From NCBI GenBank assembly GCA_965214325.1, contig CBDCBG010000004.1:190843-254842 (forward strand): a DNA stretch of 64,000 nucleotides. The letters are read 5' to 3'. Shown one piece after another: positions 1-9,078 of this stretch (position 1 is its first letter; each line of letters starts with the position of its first letter). The notes beneath the pieces were generated by a model. It was not told where the DNA came from, ran no database searches, and worked only from the letters and a program-made list of their open reading frames with translations. The DNA comes from Paracoccaceae bacterium (GTDB taxonomy: Bacteria; Pseudomonadota; Alphaproteobacteria; Rhodobacterales; Rhodobacteraceae). The translations under genes were made by a program, and so were the position numbers.

Positions 1-101
1 GCTTCCCATGGCGGTCCGACGCCGCTCACTGGCGTCGGCCGCAACAGCCTGCGGCCTGCGGGGCTGCACCCATCAACCCAGTCAAGGAAGGGAATCCTGA
101 A

Positions 102-344
102 ATGGCACATTTCAACATCGTCGTTCCGGTGAAGGTCGGCGAGAGGACGCACTATCGCCGCGTCGGCGCGCTGTTCGAGAATGTCAGCCGCGAGACGGGC
201 GAGGTCTTCTACCGGATGCGGATGGACTTCCCGGTCGGCGCGACGGAAATGCTCGCGTTTCCGCCGCGGGCCGGCGAGGACGAGGCTGCGCAAGGCGAAG
301 GCGCGGCCGGGCGGGCCCACGCGACGGGCACGGCGGCGACGTGA
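102..344 (+). CDS. hypothetical small protein (80 aa)
   Basis: ATG ORF with strong GC3 codon bias. No family recognised. The 3' end overlaps the antisense ORF 209..727. Confidence 0.45.
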   Translation: MAHFNIVVPVKVGERTHYRRVGALFENVSRETGEVFYRMRMDFPVGATEMLAFPPRAGEDEAAQGEGAAGRAHATGTAAT

Positions 345-727
345 CGCTGCCGGGCGAATTGACCGCGGCAGTCACTGCCGGCCGCCGTGTCCGGGACCGT
401 TCGGCGCCTCCTTCGGGACGTGCCGGAACGGACGTGTCCGCCGGACGGCGTCGCGCGCCGAGCCTGCTGGCCGGCAACCGCCGCGACGCAGGCGGCGCCG
501 AAGGTGTTCAGGAACATGAAGAGCGCGGCGACGGCCTTGACCTGCCGGCTGTCGCGGTCCGCCATGTCGGCGCGCATGCCGGCGATCTCCCTGGCCGTCG
601 CCCCGTCACGGTCGGCCATGTCGACGCGCACGTCCGCGATGTGCCTGGCCTGCCGGCGCAGTTCCGCGGCCACGCCGGCATCGGCCGCGCTCGCCGCATC
701 CTCTTTCGGCCCGGTGTCTTCTGCCAT
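209..727 (-). CDS. hypothetical coiled-coil protein with one TM helix
   Basis: This frame has strong GC3 bias from about 1100 down to about 400. ATG at 727 (MAEDTGPKED...). Repeated DMADRD motif and hydrophobic AVAALFMFLNTFGAACVAAVAG. The start could lie upstream (ATG 1147). The C-terminal part overlaps 102..344, so the end is uncertain. Confidence 0.3.
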   Translation of the reverse strand: MAEDTGPKEDAASAADAGVAAELRRQARHIADVRVDMADRDGATAREIAGMRADMADRDSRQVKAVAALFMFLNTFGAACVAAVAGQQARRATPSGGHVRSGTSRRRRRTVPDTAAGSDCRGQFARQRHVAAVPVAWARPAAPSPCAASSSPARGGNASISVAPTGKSIRIR

Positions 728-1372
728 TCCTGCGGTCTCCGTTCCCGTTTCCGTCTTCGCCGGTTCCGGGCTTTCTGCCTGGCCCGTGCCCGGACGCGTC
801 CCGGACCGGGTCTCCCGTTCGCGGGACACAGGCCATCGGTCCGCGACGTTCCAGAGGTTTCGGGGCGATTTCCGGGACGCGTCGCGGGTCGGAACGTGAG
901 CGGAACAGATGCCGTAAAACGCGGTGGCCGGCGCCCGGCGTTCCTCCAGCATGGCCGTCCCTTCGCGGACGCGAAGCACGGGATCCTGCGGATGCCAGAC
1001 GGAGCGGACCGGGCTCTGCAGGCGGGAGGGGACGGGCGGCGAGAAAGTGGCCGTGGTTACGGGGGGAGGGAAGGCGATGACCGGGACATCTCCTGAACGG
1101 CGGCAAGGCCTGAGGCTCAGGAAGGACGTGAACGGCCTTGAGCGCATCGTGGTCCCGGTGCGACCCGGCATGGGTGCGCAGGAACGAGGCGACGTCTTCC
1201 GGGACATGCTGGCCCGCTTCGTTGCCGAGCATGGCAACGACGAAGCGCAGGCAGACGAACGGGAGCGCGCACCATGACAACGCTCACTCCATCCTTCGAG
1301 GGAACGTCCCGGGAGCACGGGGTCTGGCGGGCGGGCGTGCATTCGAGGGCCCTGGGGCTCAGGCGCCGTGCG

Positions 1373-2209
1373 TCAGCGCATCGGCACGGCCGGGAGCATG
1401 AGTTCCAGGCTTTCCGGCGCGTGCCGCTCTGCGGTGACGTATGTCCTGATGCACCGATCAGGGTCCCCGAGACCGTCATGGCCGATTCCATCCTGGTGGG
1501 ACAGCAGCCGGTCAGCGCCGAGCAGCGCCGCGAGCCTGAGCAACCGCGCGGTCGTCAGAAAGGGAGCCCGGACGTACACTTCGTTGTTGACGGCCATGTC
1601 CTTGATCATGGCTGTGGCGGTTCGGTCGAGGCGGCAGCTTGCCACGTCCGAGCGCAGTCCTCGGCTCAAGCGTGCCCCTGCGTTCCCGTTCTGGACTTGC
1701 TGCATGAGCAGGTAAGTCGCGTGCTCGAAGAGCTCTTGAGGGAAGGCCTGATCGGCCAGGTCCGAAGGCTGTTCCTCGCCCGCAGCGTCTCGTGCCAAGG
1801 ACATGCGCCCGGTAACCGCAGCCAGCCCGCGCACGTTCAGGAGCTGGAGCACGGAGCTTTCCGGCGGATGCCGGCCCGCACCGGCCTGGATCCTGAGGTG
1901 AGAGACCGGATCGTCGACGGCGTCAAGGCGGAAGCCGGCCGGAAGGGTCAGCATCCTGTCCGTCGCCATGAGCGCCGTGGCCTTGAGGAACCAGTCCCTC
2001 GATCGATCCGGGTCCTGGCTGAACCTGGCGGGATTGCCCTCTTTTTCCTTGAGCAAGTCGCGGGCGTCCTTGCGCAAGGAGTCGGTCGTCGCGTCCGGGG
2101 TCGCATTCACGCTTTGGCCTGCTGCGGTGTCCGCTCTCCGCAGCTCCCGTTCGAGCAGGGCCACTACTTGGTCGAGCATCCTGGACGAATTGCCGTCCGT
2201 TCCGGGCAT
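1373..2209 (-). CDS. hypothetical protein (278 aa)
   Basis: Protein-like composition from MPGTDGNSSRMLDQVVALLEREL... within ORF 1373..2335. No family recognised. Confidence 0.5.
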   Translation of the reverse strand: MPGTDGNSSRMLDQVVALLERELRRADTAAGQSVNATPDATTDSLRKDARDLLKEKEGNPARFSQDPDRSRDWFLKATALMATDRMLTLPAGFRLDAVDDPVSHLRIQAGAGRHPPESSVLQLLNVRGLAAVTGRMSLARDAAGEEQPSDLADQAFPQELFEHATYLLMQQVQNGNAGARLSRGLRSDVASCRLDRTATAMIKDMAVNNEVYVRAPFLTTARLLRLAALLGADRLLSHQDGIGHDGLGDPDRCIRTYVTAERHAPESLELMLPAVPMR

Positions 2210-2407
2210 ATCCCAATCCTTCTGTTGGTTTTTGGCAAAGACAGCATGAGGGACGGCAGGGCGTCGCGCAACCGCGCGGCGTCCTGCCACACTCACACGC
2301 TCGCACCGCGCAGCCGTGACCATCGGACCGCGCACGGCGGGCCGTGGTTCGCCGCGGCGTGGCCGGCTTCAGGCTTCCGACATCAGGGGCCGGGCCTCGT
2401 CGTGGGT

Positions 2408-2644
2408 TCATTCGGCAGGGGCGTCCGTGAGCTCGCGGCGGCGCTCGATCCGGTCAGGACGCACGAACACGTTGCCCTGCTGGCTGTCCCGGTTGAGGTC
2501 GTTTTGCACGAGCCCGGCAACGTGAGCCTTGATCGCACGGATCTCGTCGCGGATCTCATGCCGCTCCGGCCGCGCGTTCCTTGCGTCTTCCCCGATCGCC
2601 TTCAGGTGTTCCAGGATCGGTTCGTTCGTGACGTTCCCGGTCAT
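2408..2644 (-). CDS. hypothetical small protein (78 aa)
   Basis: MTGNVTNEPILEHLKAIGEDARN... The ATG overlaps the upstream gene stop (ATGA), which suggests translational coupling with 2641..2949. Confidence 0.5.
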   Translation of the reverse strand: MTGNVTNEPILEHLKAIGEDARNARPERHEIRDEIRAIKAHVAGLVQNDLNRDSQQGNVFVRPDRIERRRELTDAPAE

Positions 2645-2949
2645 CTTTGCAGGAGCTGGTCCAGCTTCTCCTCGATGCGGGTCGTGCGCTCTTCCAGTCC
2701 GGCCTGGCCTTCCCTGAGAAGCGCCACGTCCTTCTTGAGAAGCGCCAGATCCGTCCGGGTATCCGCCATGCCGAGGACCAGCCAGCCCAGGGTGCTCAGG
2801 AACGCCGCCAGGACGATGCCGGCCACCGCCACGGCCATCGGATTGCGGGTCAGGTCGCCGGGGCCGCGCCGCGGCAGCCGGTCGGCCAGGAGCCGCGCCA
2901 GCTCCGGGCTTGCGCCCGCGTTCTGCAGTTCCTCGCGTGTCAAGTTCAT
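2641..2949 (-). CDS. small membrane-anchored coiled-coil protein (102 aa)
   Basis: MNLTREELQNAG..., a TM helix AVAVAGIVLAAFLSTLGWLVLGM, then a heptad-like C-terminus (LALLKKDVALLREGQAGLEERTTRIEEKLDQLLQ). Confidence 0.5.
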   Translation of the reverse strand: MNLTREELQNAGASPELARLLADRLPRRGPGDLTRNPMAVAVAGIVLAAFLSTLGWLVLGMADTRTDLALLKKDVALLREGQAGLEERTTRIEEKLDQLLQR

Positions 2950-3257
2950 GCCGGGCTCGCTTTCCGTCCTGCCGCCCGTCACGCATAGCATGCCGGGAAA
3001 CGCCGGTTCAAGCCGCGCGCGGCCGCGCCGTGGGTCAGCTTCCTCTCCTGGCTGGCATTGGCAGACGTTCCGCGACGTTCCGCGCCGTCTTCCGAAACGC
3101 TTCACGACACGGAACGGTAACGGAACCTTTGCCCCGAAACGCGACATATTTAACATAAGACATGTTATCGGCCTTAAGGATGCGGGGCTCGCAGGACCCG
3201 CTTTCCTGCCGCCGGTCGCCGCCCTCGCGCGCCTGGCGGCGGCTTCCGCACAGCCTG

Positions 3258-3437
3258 CTATTCGGCTGGCGGCTTGCTGCGTCCCAAGAAGCCTTCGAAC
3301 AGGCCCTCCAGCCGGGCCATGCGCTCCTTCAGATCGGCGATCTCGTTCCTCAGGTCACGGTTCAGGGACCATAGAAACGCAAGAATCGCGACAATGCCGC
3401 CAAGCGTCATCCAGTCGGCAAGTTCGGCCATTGGCAT
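3258..3437 (-). CDS. small membrane-anchored coiled-coil protein (59 aa)
   Basis: MPMAELADWMTLGGIVAILAFLWSLNRDLRNEIADLKERMARLEGLFEG. Same TM plus coiled-coil architecture as 2641..2949. Confidence 0.45.
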   Translation of the reverse strand: MPMAELADWMTLGGIVAILAFLWSLNRDLRNEIADLKERMARLEGLFEGFLGRSKPPAE

Positions 3438-3555
3438 CCCCTTCGCGTGCGGCGCATCGTTTCCGTCGCGGTCTCGCCCTACTGCGCAACATAGCGGCAT
3501 TCGTGCGGGATTTCCAGTCTCCAATGCGATCCGGGATGCCGGCCGGAGACGCTCG

Positions 3556-3837
3556 ATGACGGTGACGGGACACATGAAGCGCAGGCGGCGCCTGAGGGGC
3601 CTTGACGAGATGCCCGTGCCCAACCCGCGAGACGCGCAATGGCGCCGTCCGCTTGGCGCAGGAAGGCGCCTGAAACAAGCGGCGGTGATAGCTGCAATCG
3701 CCTACGGAGTCGTTGGCGCGCTGGTCCTGACGGCACTGCTTTCAAGACACGGATCGGGGACGGTCCTGGCGTTCATGGGAGACACTGCAGCCGCATCGTG
3801 GCGGTGGCTGACGATCCTCGCGAGGGAGGCAACATGA
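3556..3837 (+). CDS. hypothetical membrane protein (93 aa)
   Basis: ATG 3556, basic N-terminus, TM helix AAVIAAIAYGVVGALVLTALL. The stop overlaps the next start (ATGATGA). Confidence 0.4.
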   Translation: MTVTGHMKRRRRLRGLDEMPVPNPRDAQWRRPLGAGRRLKQAAVIAAIAYGVVGALVLTALLSRHGSGTVLAFMGDTAAASWRWLTILAREAT

Positions 3838-4160
3838 TGACGACCGAATTCAAGTGGCCCCCCAGCGTGCCGGCCACGATCCTGATCACGATGTTCGTTG
3901 GCGGGCTTGTCCTGACAGAGCCCGGAGAGCCGGGAACGCTCGACGAAGTTTGGCAGCCGCCCGAGCTCGATCCGCTGGACGCGCTCGCCAGGAGCAGGGA
4001 GCGCGTCCGCGAGCTCGATGCCGCGCTCCGGCGCATTCGCGACATCGTCGACGCGGAGGTCTTCGACCCTCGCAGCGTGGAGGTCTTCGATCCTCGGGAC
4101 GTGGAAGCCTTCGCCCCGCCCCCTGCGGCCGTTCCTGCCGCCAGGGAGGCAGCTCCATGA
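3834..4160 (+). CDS. hypothetical membrane protein (108 aa)
   Basis: GGGAGG RBS before ATG 3834. TM helix PATILITMFVGGLVL. The stop overlaps the nuclease start (ATGA). Confidence 0.5.
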   Translation: MMTTEFKWPPSVPATILITMFVGGLVLTEPGEPGTLDEVWQPPELDPLDALARSRERVRELDAALRRIRDIVDAEVFDPRSVEVFDPRDVEAFAPPPAAVPAAREAAP

Positions 4161-4840
4161 TCCGGATTCCGCGTCTCGCCCTCGCCCTGCTCGCTGCCGC
4201 GGCACTCGCCGACATGGCGACGGCGCAAGACGTGCTGTCCGGCCCGGCCCGCGTCATCGACGGCGACACGATCGAGGTCCGGGGCCAGCGCGTCCGCCTC
4301 CACGGCATCGACGCGCCGGAAAGCGCGCAGGACTGCGCCGACGCGGCCGGGCGGTCCTATGGCTGCGGTCGGATCGCGACGCGGGCGCTCGCCAGCATGG
4401 TCGGTCGCGCCCCCGTGGCCTGCCAGATCCGCGACACGGACCTTTATGGCCGGCTCGTTGCGGTCTGCTACCGGGACGGGGTCGATCTCAACGCGTGGAT
4501 GGTCTCCGATGGCCACGCGCTGGCGTACCGTCGCTACAGCCGCGACTACGTCGGTCACGAGAACGCCGCCCGTGCCCGGCAACGGGGGATCTGGCAGGGC
4601 CGCTTCGTTCCGCCCTGGGACTGGCGGAGGACGCAACAGGGCGGCGCGAACGCGCCCTCGCCGACCTCGCGCCCTGGCTGCGCGATCAAGGGCAATGTCA
4701 GCTCTTCCGGCGAGCGGATCTACCACGTGCCAGGACAGCGACACTACGACGCGACGCGCATTTCCGAGCCGAAAGGCGAGCGCTGGTTCTGCTCGGAGGC
4801 GGAGGCGCGCGCCGCCGGGTGGCGGAGGGCGCGTCGATGA
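4157..4840 (+). CDS. secreted thermonuclease (SNase-like) family protein
   Basis: Signal peptide MIRIPRLALALLAAAALADMATA. SNase motifs VIDGDTIEV, RVRLHGIDAPE, YGRLVA. The C-terminal CAIKGN.S..GERIYHVPG...Y domain is common on such nucleases. Confidence 0.85.
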   Translation: MIRIPRLALALLAAAALADMATAQDVLSGPARVIDGDTIEVRGQRVRLHGIDAPESAQDCADAAGRSYGCGRIATRALASMVGRAPVACQIRDTDLYGRLVAVCYRDGVDLNAWMVSDGHALAYRRYSRDYVGHENAARARQRGIWQGRFVPPWDWRRTQQGGANAPSPTSRPGCAIKGNVSSSGERIYHVPGQRHYDATRISEPKGERWFCSEAEARAAGWRRARR

Positions 4841-4890
4841 CGCGGGTGGCATTCACGTGGGCGCTCGACGCCGGCGTTCCGTCCGGAATG

Positions 4891-5391
4891 TCAGTCGGTT
4901 CGGGACTTCGGCATGCAGCCGAGGATGAGGACGGCCGCGCCGACGGCAAGGAAAGCCAGCGTTCCGAGCGCCGGAACGAGGCCGAAGAACGCGCAGGCCA
5001 GCCCGGCGGGTGCGACGACGGCCGTCACGACGCCGATCCGCGTGAGGGCGACGGCGCCGTCCGACGGCGGGTCGTCGTATCCGACGAAGTGCAGGTGCCG
5101 GGGGAGGGTCGGGTCGGGAAGCACGTCCGGCATGTGCCGGGGATACCTGGCCGCGTCGAAAAGCACGGCGAACCAGAACGGGTCGTGCGCCGCGATGCGC
5201 CTCAGGACCATGACGCCGGCGGAGGCGAGCATGACGCCGCCCGCGAGGCCCGGGAAGGTGATGCCGAAGCCGATGACGGTCACGAAGGCCGCCATGCCGA
5301 TCACGGCCAGGAACGGCACCCGCTCGCAGCCGAGGATCTGCGGCGGGCGCAGCATCGCCTCGTCGATGAAGCCGTAGGGTTCGTCGTTCAT
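4891..5391 (-). CDS. membrane protein, possibly VirB3/TrbD-like N-terminal region
   Basis: AAGGAGG RBS. RPPQILGCERVPFLAVIGMAAF...LRRIAAHDPFWFAVLFDAARYPRHM resembles the TrbD/VirB3 pattern (lfmG.dRe...lr.maK.DP....y.rh.ry). Extra C-terminal TM helices. The match is weak. Confidence 0.3.
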   Translation of the reverse strand: MNDEPYGFIDEAMLRPPQILGCERVPFLAVIGMAAFVTVIGFGITFPGLAGGVMLASAGVMVLRRIAAHDPFWFAVLFDAARYPRHMPDVLPDPTLPRHLHFVGYDDPPSDGAVALTRIGVVTAVVAPAGLACAFFGLVPALGTLAFLAVGAAVLILGCMPKSRTD

Positions 5392-5444
5392 TTCGTCGCC
5401 CTCCTTCGAGCGGGCATGAAACATCCGACCCGAGGAGCGTGTCA

Positions 5445-6380
5445 ATGCCGGACGGAATGACGAACGCGACGTCCCTGGCCGACCTGCTGGGGCCGCTGGC
5501 GGCCGTGCTGGAGGAGGCCGGCACGGTCGAGATCAGCTGCAACCCGGACGGCCAGGTCTTCGTGGAGCGCTTCGGCGCGGAACCGGAGCGCTGGGGACGG
5601 CTGGAGCCCGGCCGCACGAAGAGGTTCGTCCACTGGTGCGCCAGCTGGTCGGAGACGATGGTGTCCGGGGACCGGCCAATCCTGTCGGGGCGGATACCGG
5701 GGACGGCGCACCGGATAGAGGCGCTGCTGCCGCCGGTGACGGACGGCCCCTGCTTCTCGATCCGGCGCCACAGGGACACCGTGCCGGGTCTCGAGGAGTG
5801 CGTTCCGGACGCCGTGGCGCGCGAGATCCTTGCGACGGCCATCGCGGCGCGGAAGAACGTCCTGATCGCGGGCGCCACCGGCGCCGGCAAGACGACGCTG
5901 CTCAATGCCTGCCTGGGAGAGATGGAGCGGATCGCGCCGGAGACGCGGCTGCTCGTGATCGAGGACACGCCGGAGATCCGCTCGCCGTTCCGGAACTCGG
6001 TGGCGCTGCGGACCTCGGACGGCGTCGCCATGGACCGTCTGCTGGTCTCCGCGCTGCGCCAGGCCCCCGACAGGATCGTGGTGGGCGAGGTGCGCGAGGG
6101 CAGCGTGCTGCTCACGCTGATCAAGGCCTGGAACACGGGTCATCCCGGCGGGCTTGTCACGCTGCACGCCAACTCGGCCGACGAGGTGATCGACCGCCTG
6201 TCGCTGCTGGCGACGGAGGTCATGGCCGCCGATCCGGTGCCCGTTCTCATGCAGGCCACCGACCTGATCGTCTTCATCCACCGCGACACGGGACGTCCCG
6301 TGCTCTCGTCGATCCGCGCGGCGGTGCGCGACGCGGACGGCGCAACCCGATTGGAGAACCGCTATGAACACCCGACCTGA
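5445..6380 (+). CDS. trbB: P-type conjugative transfer ATPase TrbB (VirB11 family)
   Basis: Walker A GATGAGKTT, Walker B LLVIEDTPE, VGEVR and TGHPG...T.HA motifs typical of VirB11/TrbB. GAGGAG RBS 7 nt before ATG 5445. Confidence 0.9.
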   Translation: MPDGMTNATSLADLLGPLAAVLEEAGTVEISCNPDGQVFVERFGAEPERWGRLEPGRTKRFVHWCASWSETMVSGDRPILSGRIPGTAHRIEALLPPVTDGPCFSIRRHRDTVPGLEECVPDAVAREILATAIAARKNVLIAGATGAGKTTLLNACLGEMERIAPETRLLVIEDTPEIRSPFRNSVALRTSDGVAMDRLLVSALRQAPDRIVVGEVREGSVLLTLIKAWNTGHPGGLVTLHANSADEVIDRLSLLATEVMAADPVPVLMQATDLIVFIHRDTGRPVLSSIRAAVRDADGATRLENRYEHPT

Positions 6381-6737
6381 GCGCCCTGCGCTCCCCCCGC
6401 CCCTGGACCCCTTCAATCAACGGAGCGATCAGGAAAAGGGCGGCCTCCCGGCCGCCCCGGCTTCGCTTCAGGCCTTCATCGAGGTCCTGTTCCACTCGCC
6501 TACCGCCCTACAAGCCAGAGTGCTAGCTGATGGGGATCGTTAGAAATCTTCGGGCAGCGCTGCCTGCAGCTTTGGAACGGCGAGTGCCATGCTCCTGCCA
6601 AAAGCATTTGCAAGACAGGATAGATCGCACCCTTGTGCAACGGGCGCCTGACTGTGACTGCCGGTAGCACGAACCGGCATCGGGGTCACAGTCCGCAGCG
6701 AGAAAACTAACATCATACTTGAACACTACCACTATCA

Positions 6738-7793
6738 ATGTTATCTTTCAAAAGCATGTTAGACTTGGATCAGAAATCCTCCCAGGACTTCCTCAAGGAA
6801 GCGCAGTCACACCTGCGTGCGACGCTTCATGTGCCGGCCAGCTTGAAGGCCTGGCGGAAAAAGAAAGGGCTGCCGCTCTTTCTTGCCAACGGCTTCGATT
6901 ACCGACAAACAGAGCTCTTCGGGCATGCGATCTTGCTCGCCGTCCCGAAGTCTGACGACGCCAAGAATCCTACAGGTCTTTCAAAGCAGCTCGGAGCCAT
7001 CCAACGCCACTTTGAGGGAATCCACGTATTGGTCCTGGACCACCTCTCCGCCTACCAGCGCAGCCGGCTCATTGAGGAGTCCGCGGCCTTCATTGTCCCT
7101 GGCAATCAGCTCTTCATCCCGCAGCTTGCGATGGACCTCAGGGAGCACTTTCGGCGAAGACGCGATTATGCGGAGGACCAACTCTCGCCCGCGTCCCAAG
7201 CGCTCTTCTTGCGACACCTGAACCTCAGGGACGTGGAAGACGCCCGGCCGAGCGATCTTGCGGAAACTCTACGATACTCGGCGATGACGATCGGCCGCGC
7301 CTTCGAAGAACTGGAGGCCAGCGGCCTGTCCCACGTGGAAACGCGGGGGCGAAGCAAGCACATCCAGTTCTCCGGCGCTCCTCGAGAAATGTTCAAAGCG
7401 GCGGCTCCAAGACTGCGTTCGCCTGTCAAGGCCGAGCATTGGTTTCGGGCACCCTCTCTCCCGAAGGGCTTCTACGGCAGTCCACTGCCTGAGTATCTGC
7501 CGACCGGCGGCGAAAGTGCCTTGTCAGAACGCTCGACGATGTCCAGAGCGCGCATCCTGCATTTTGCCGCCGGGCCAAAGGACTGGAAGCGGATTCAAAG
7601 TGGCGAGTTCGGGAAAGAGGTCGAACAGGACGAAGAGCCGAACTTCGCCATCGACGTATGGTGGTACGACCCCGACATCGTGTCGGGTGCGCGTGAGGTC
7701 GACGCGCTATCGCTCTACCTGCAGTTCCGCGACAACCCCGACGAGCGGCTGGAAGCCGCCGCAGAACAACTTTTGGAGGAGTTCGCATGGTAG
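6738..7793 (+). CDS. putative wHTH regulator/antitoxin partner of AbiEii-type nucleotidyltransferase
   Basis: 351 aa in the lower-GC segment. MarR-like wHTH stretch PSDLAETLRYSAMTIGRAFEELEASGL. The stop overlaps the downstream NTase start by 7 nt. Confidence 0.45.
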   Translation: MLSFKSMLDLDQKSSQDFLKEAQSHLRATLHVPASLKAWRKKKGLPLFLANGFDYRQTELFGHAILLAVPKSDDAKNPTGLSKQLGAIQRHFEGIHVLVLDHLSAYQRSRLIEESAAFIVPGNQLFIPQLAMDLREHFRRRRDYAEDQLSPASQALFLRHLNLRDVEDARPSDLAETLRYSAMTIGRAFEELEASGLSHVETRGRSKHIQFSGAPREMFKAAAPRLRSPVKAEHWFRAPSLPKGFYGSPLPEYLPTGGESALSERSTMSRARILHFAAGPKDWKRIQSGEFGKEVEQDEEPNFAIDVWWYDPDIVSGAREVDALSLYLQFRDNPDERLEAAAEQLLEEFAW

Positions 7794-8563
7794 TCGGCCT
7801 AGACAAGTTTCGTGAGCATTTCGCGGAACATGCGGACCATTATGCGGTTATCGGCGGCACTGCATGTTCGATGATCTTCGAGGAGGTCGGCATCGGTTTC
7901 CGCCAGACCGACGACATCGACATGGTTCTCTGTGTCGAGGTCGTGGATCCGTCTTTTGCGCAGTCCCTGAAAGCCTTCCTGGATGGCGGTGGCTACCAAG
8001 CGCGCGAACGTAGCAGCGGGCGGCGTGAATTCTACAGGTTCCGCAAGCCGACCGACCCATCATATCCAGCGATGCTCGAGCTCTTTGCGCGGAAGCCCGA
8101 AGCGCTCGAAATCCCGGAGGATGCGGGGCTGACGGTGGTCGAGGTTTCGGACGAAACCCTGAGCATCTCCGCGATCCTGCTGGACACGGACTACTACCTG
8201 GACACGGACTACTACAAGGCACTCCTCGCGCGCCGTCGCGCCATTGACGATATTCTTGTTCTCGATGAGCGCCTGCTAATCCCGTTCAAGGCCAGAGCAT
8301 TCGTCGACCTGTCTCAGCGAAAGGAAGCCGGTGACGAGACCGCCAAGGGCAGCGACATCAAGAAGCATCGGAACGACGTGTTCCGATTGCTGCAGCTTCT
8401 CCCGACCGATCGAACCATCGAGGTTACCGAACCGTTGAAAGCTGACCTCAGGGCCTACGTGAAGCGGGTGAACGAGTTGCTGGACTTCGATCCGAAATCA
8501 TTCGACGTCCCCATAGATCGTGAAACTGGCATCGACATGATCTCCCGTCTCTACCAGCTCTAA
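7787..8563 (+). CDS. nucleotidyltransferase, AbiEii/AbiGii toxin family (DUF1814-like)
   Basis: Minimal NTase signature VIGGTACSM...RQTDDIDMVL near the N-terminus. 258 aa. Operonic with the upstream wHTH gene. Confidence 0.6.
   Translation: MVVGLDKFREHFAEHADHYAVIGGTACSMIFEEVGIGFRQTDDIDMVLCVEVVDPSFAQSLKAFLDGGGYQARERSSGRREFYRFRKPTDPSYPAMLELFARKPEALEIPEDAGLTVVEVSDETLSISAILLDTDYYLDTDYYKALLARRRAIDDILVLDERLLIPFKARAFVDLSQRKEAGDETAKGSDIKKHRNDVFRLLQLLPTDRTIEVTEPLKADLRAYVKRVNELLDFDPKSFDVPIDRETGIDMISRLYQL
8180..8215 (+). repeat. perfect 18-bp tandem duplication inside the NTase gene (LDTDYY x2)
   Basis: ctggacacggactactac occurs twice in a row, codon-aligned. Confidence 0.95.
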
Positions 8564-8632
8564 CGACGGCTCTGTTGCAAACCTTGATCCCGGAGGTGAT
8601 CATTTTGCTGGATCGAGACATGGGAGCAGGGC

Positions 8633-8974
8633 ATGAACGACTTCAAGGGGCGGCATTTCGAAGGCGAGACGGTGCTTTGGGCGGTGCGCTGGCACTGCCG
8701 GCATGGCATCAGCCATCGTGACCTTGGGGGAATGATGGCGGAACGTGGCGTCCGCGTGGATCACGGCACGGCACGATCCATCGCGGGGGGCGGAAATACG
8801 CACCTGCAATCGAAAAACGGATGCGTTGGCAGTGGCGACGCCCCCGGCCGGACGGTTGGCGGGTGGACGAGACCTGTGTCAAGGTGCGTGGGAAATGGGC
8901 ATGTCCTTGCCGGGCGGTCGACAAATTTGGCGACACGATTGATTTCCACCTGTCTGCGACACGCAATGCAAAGG
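8633..8974 (+). pseudogene. IS6-family transposase, N-terminal part (frameshifted, then interrupted)
   Basis: MNDFKGRHFEGETVLWAVRWHCRHGISHRDL... The frame is lost near 8775. The expected continuation RVDETCVKVRGKW..DKFGDTIDFHLSATRNAK lies in another frame. Confidence 0.8.
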
Positions 8975-9078
8975 GTAAGCGTTCGGTCGAGCGGTGACGA
9001 CGGTCCGTCCTGACGTCATTTCGGTCACTGCAAATCTGGCACTGGTAACTCGGAATCCAGCATGCTATCGCGTCGCGC

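Noticed and set aside
1274-3559. Very long ORFs in the track (for example 1274..3559 +, 4018..5460 +, 4853..6136 -, 3773..4852 -).
   Set aside because: Their composition is Arg/Pro/Gly/Ala-rich and low in complexity. They run antisense to or out of frame with convincing genes (thermonuclease, TrbB, small operons). These are typical shadow ORFs of high-GC DNA.
6364-6543. 59-codon ORF overlapping the end of trbB, a possible trbC.
   Set aside because: It has no signal or TM segments and no TrbC-like sequence. It ends where GC content drops, so it is probably a non-coding junction.
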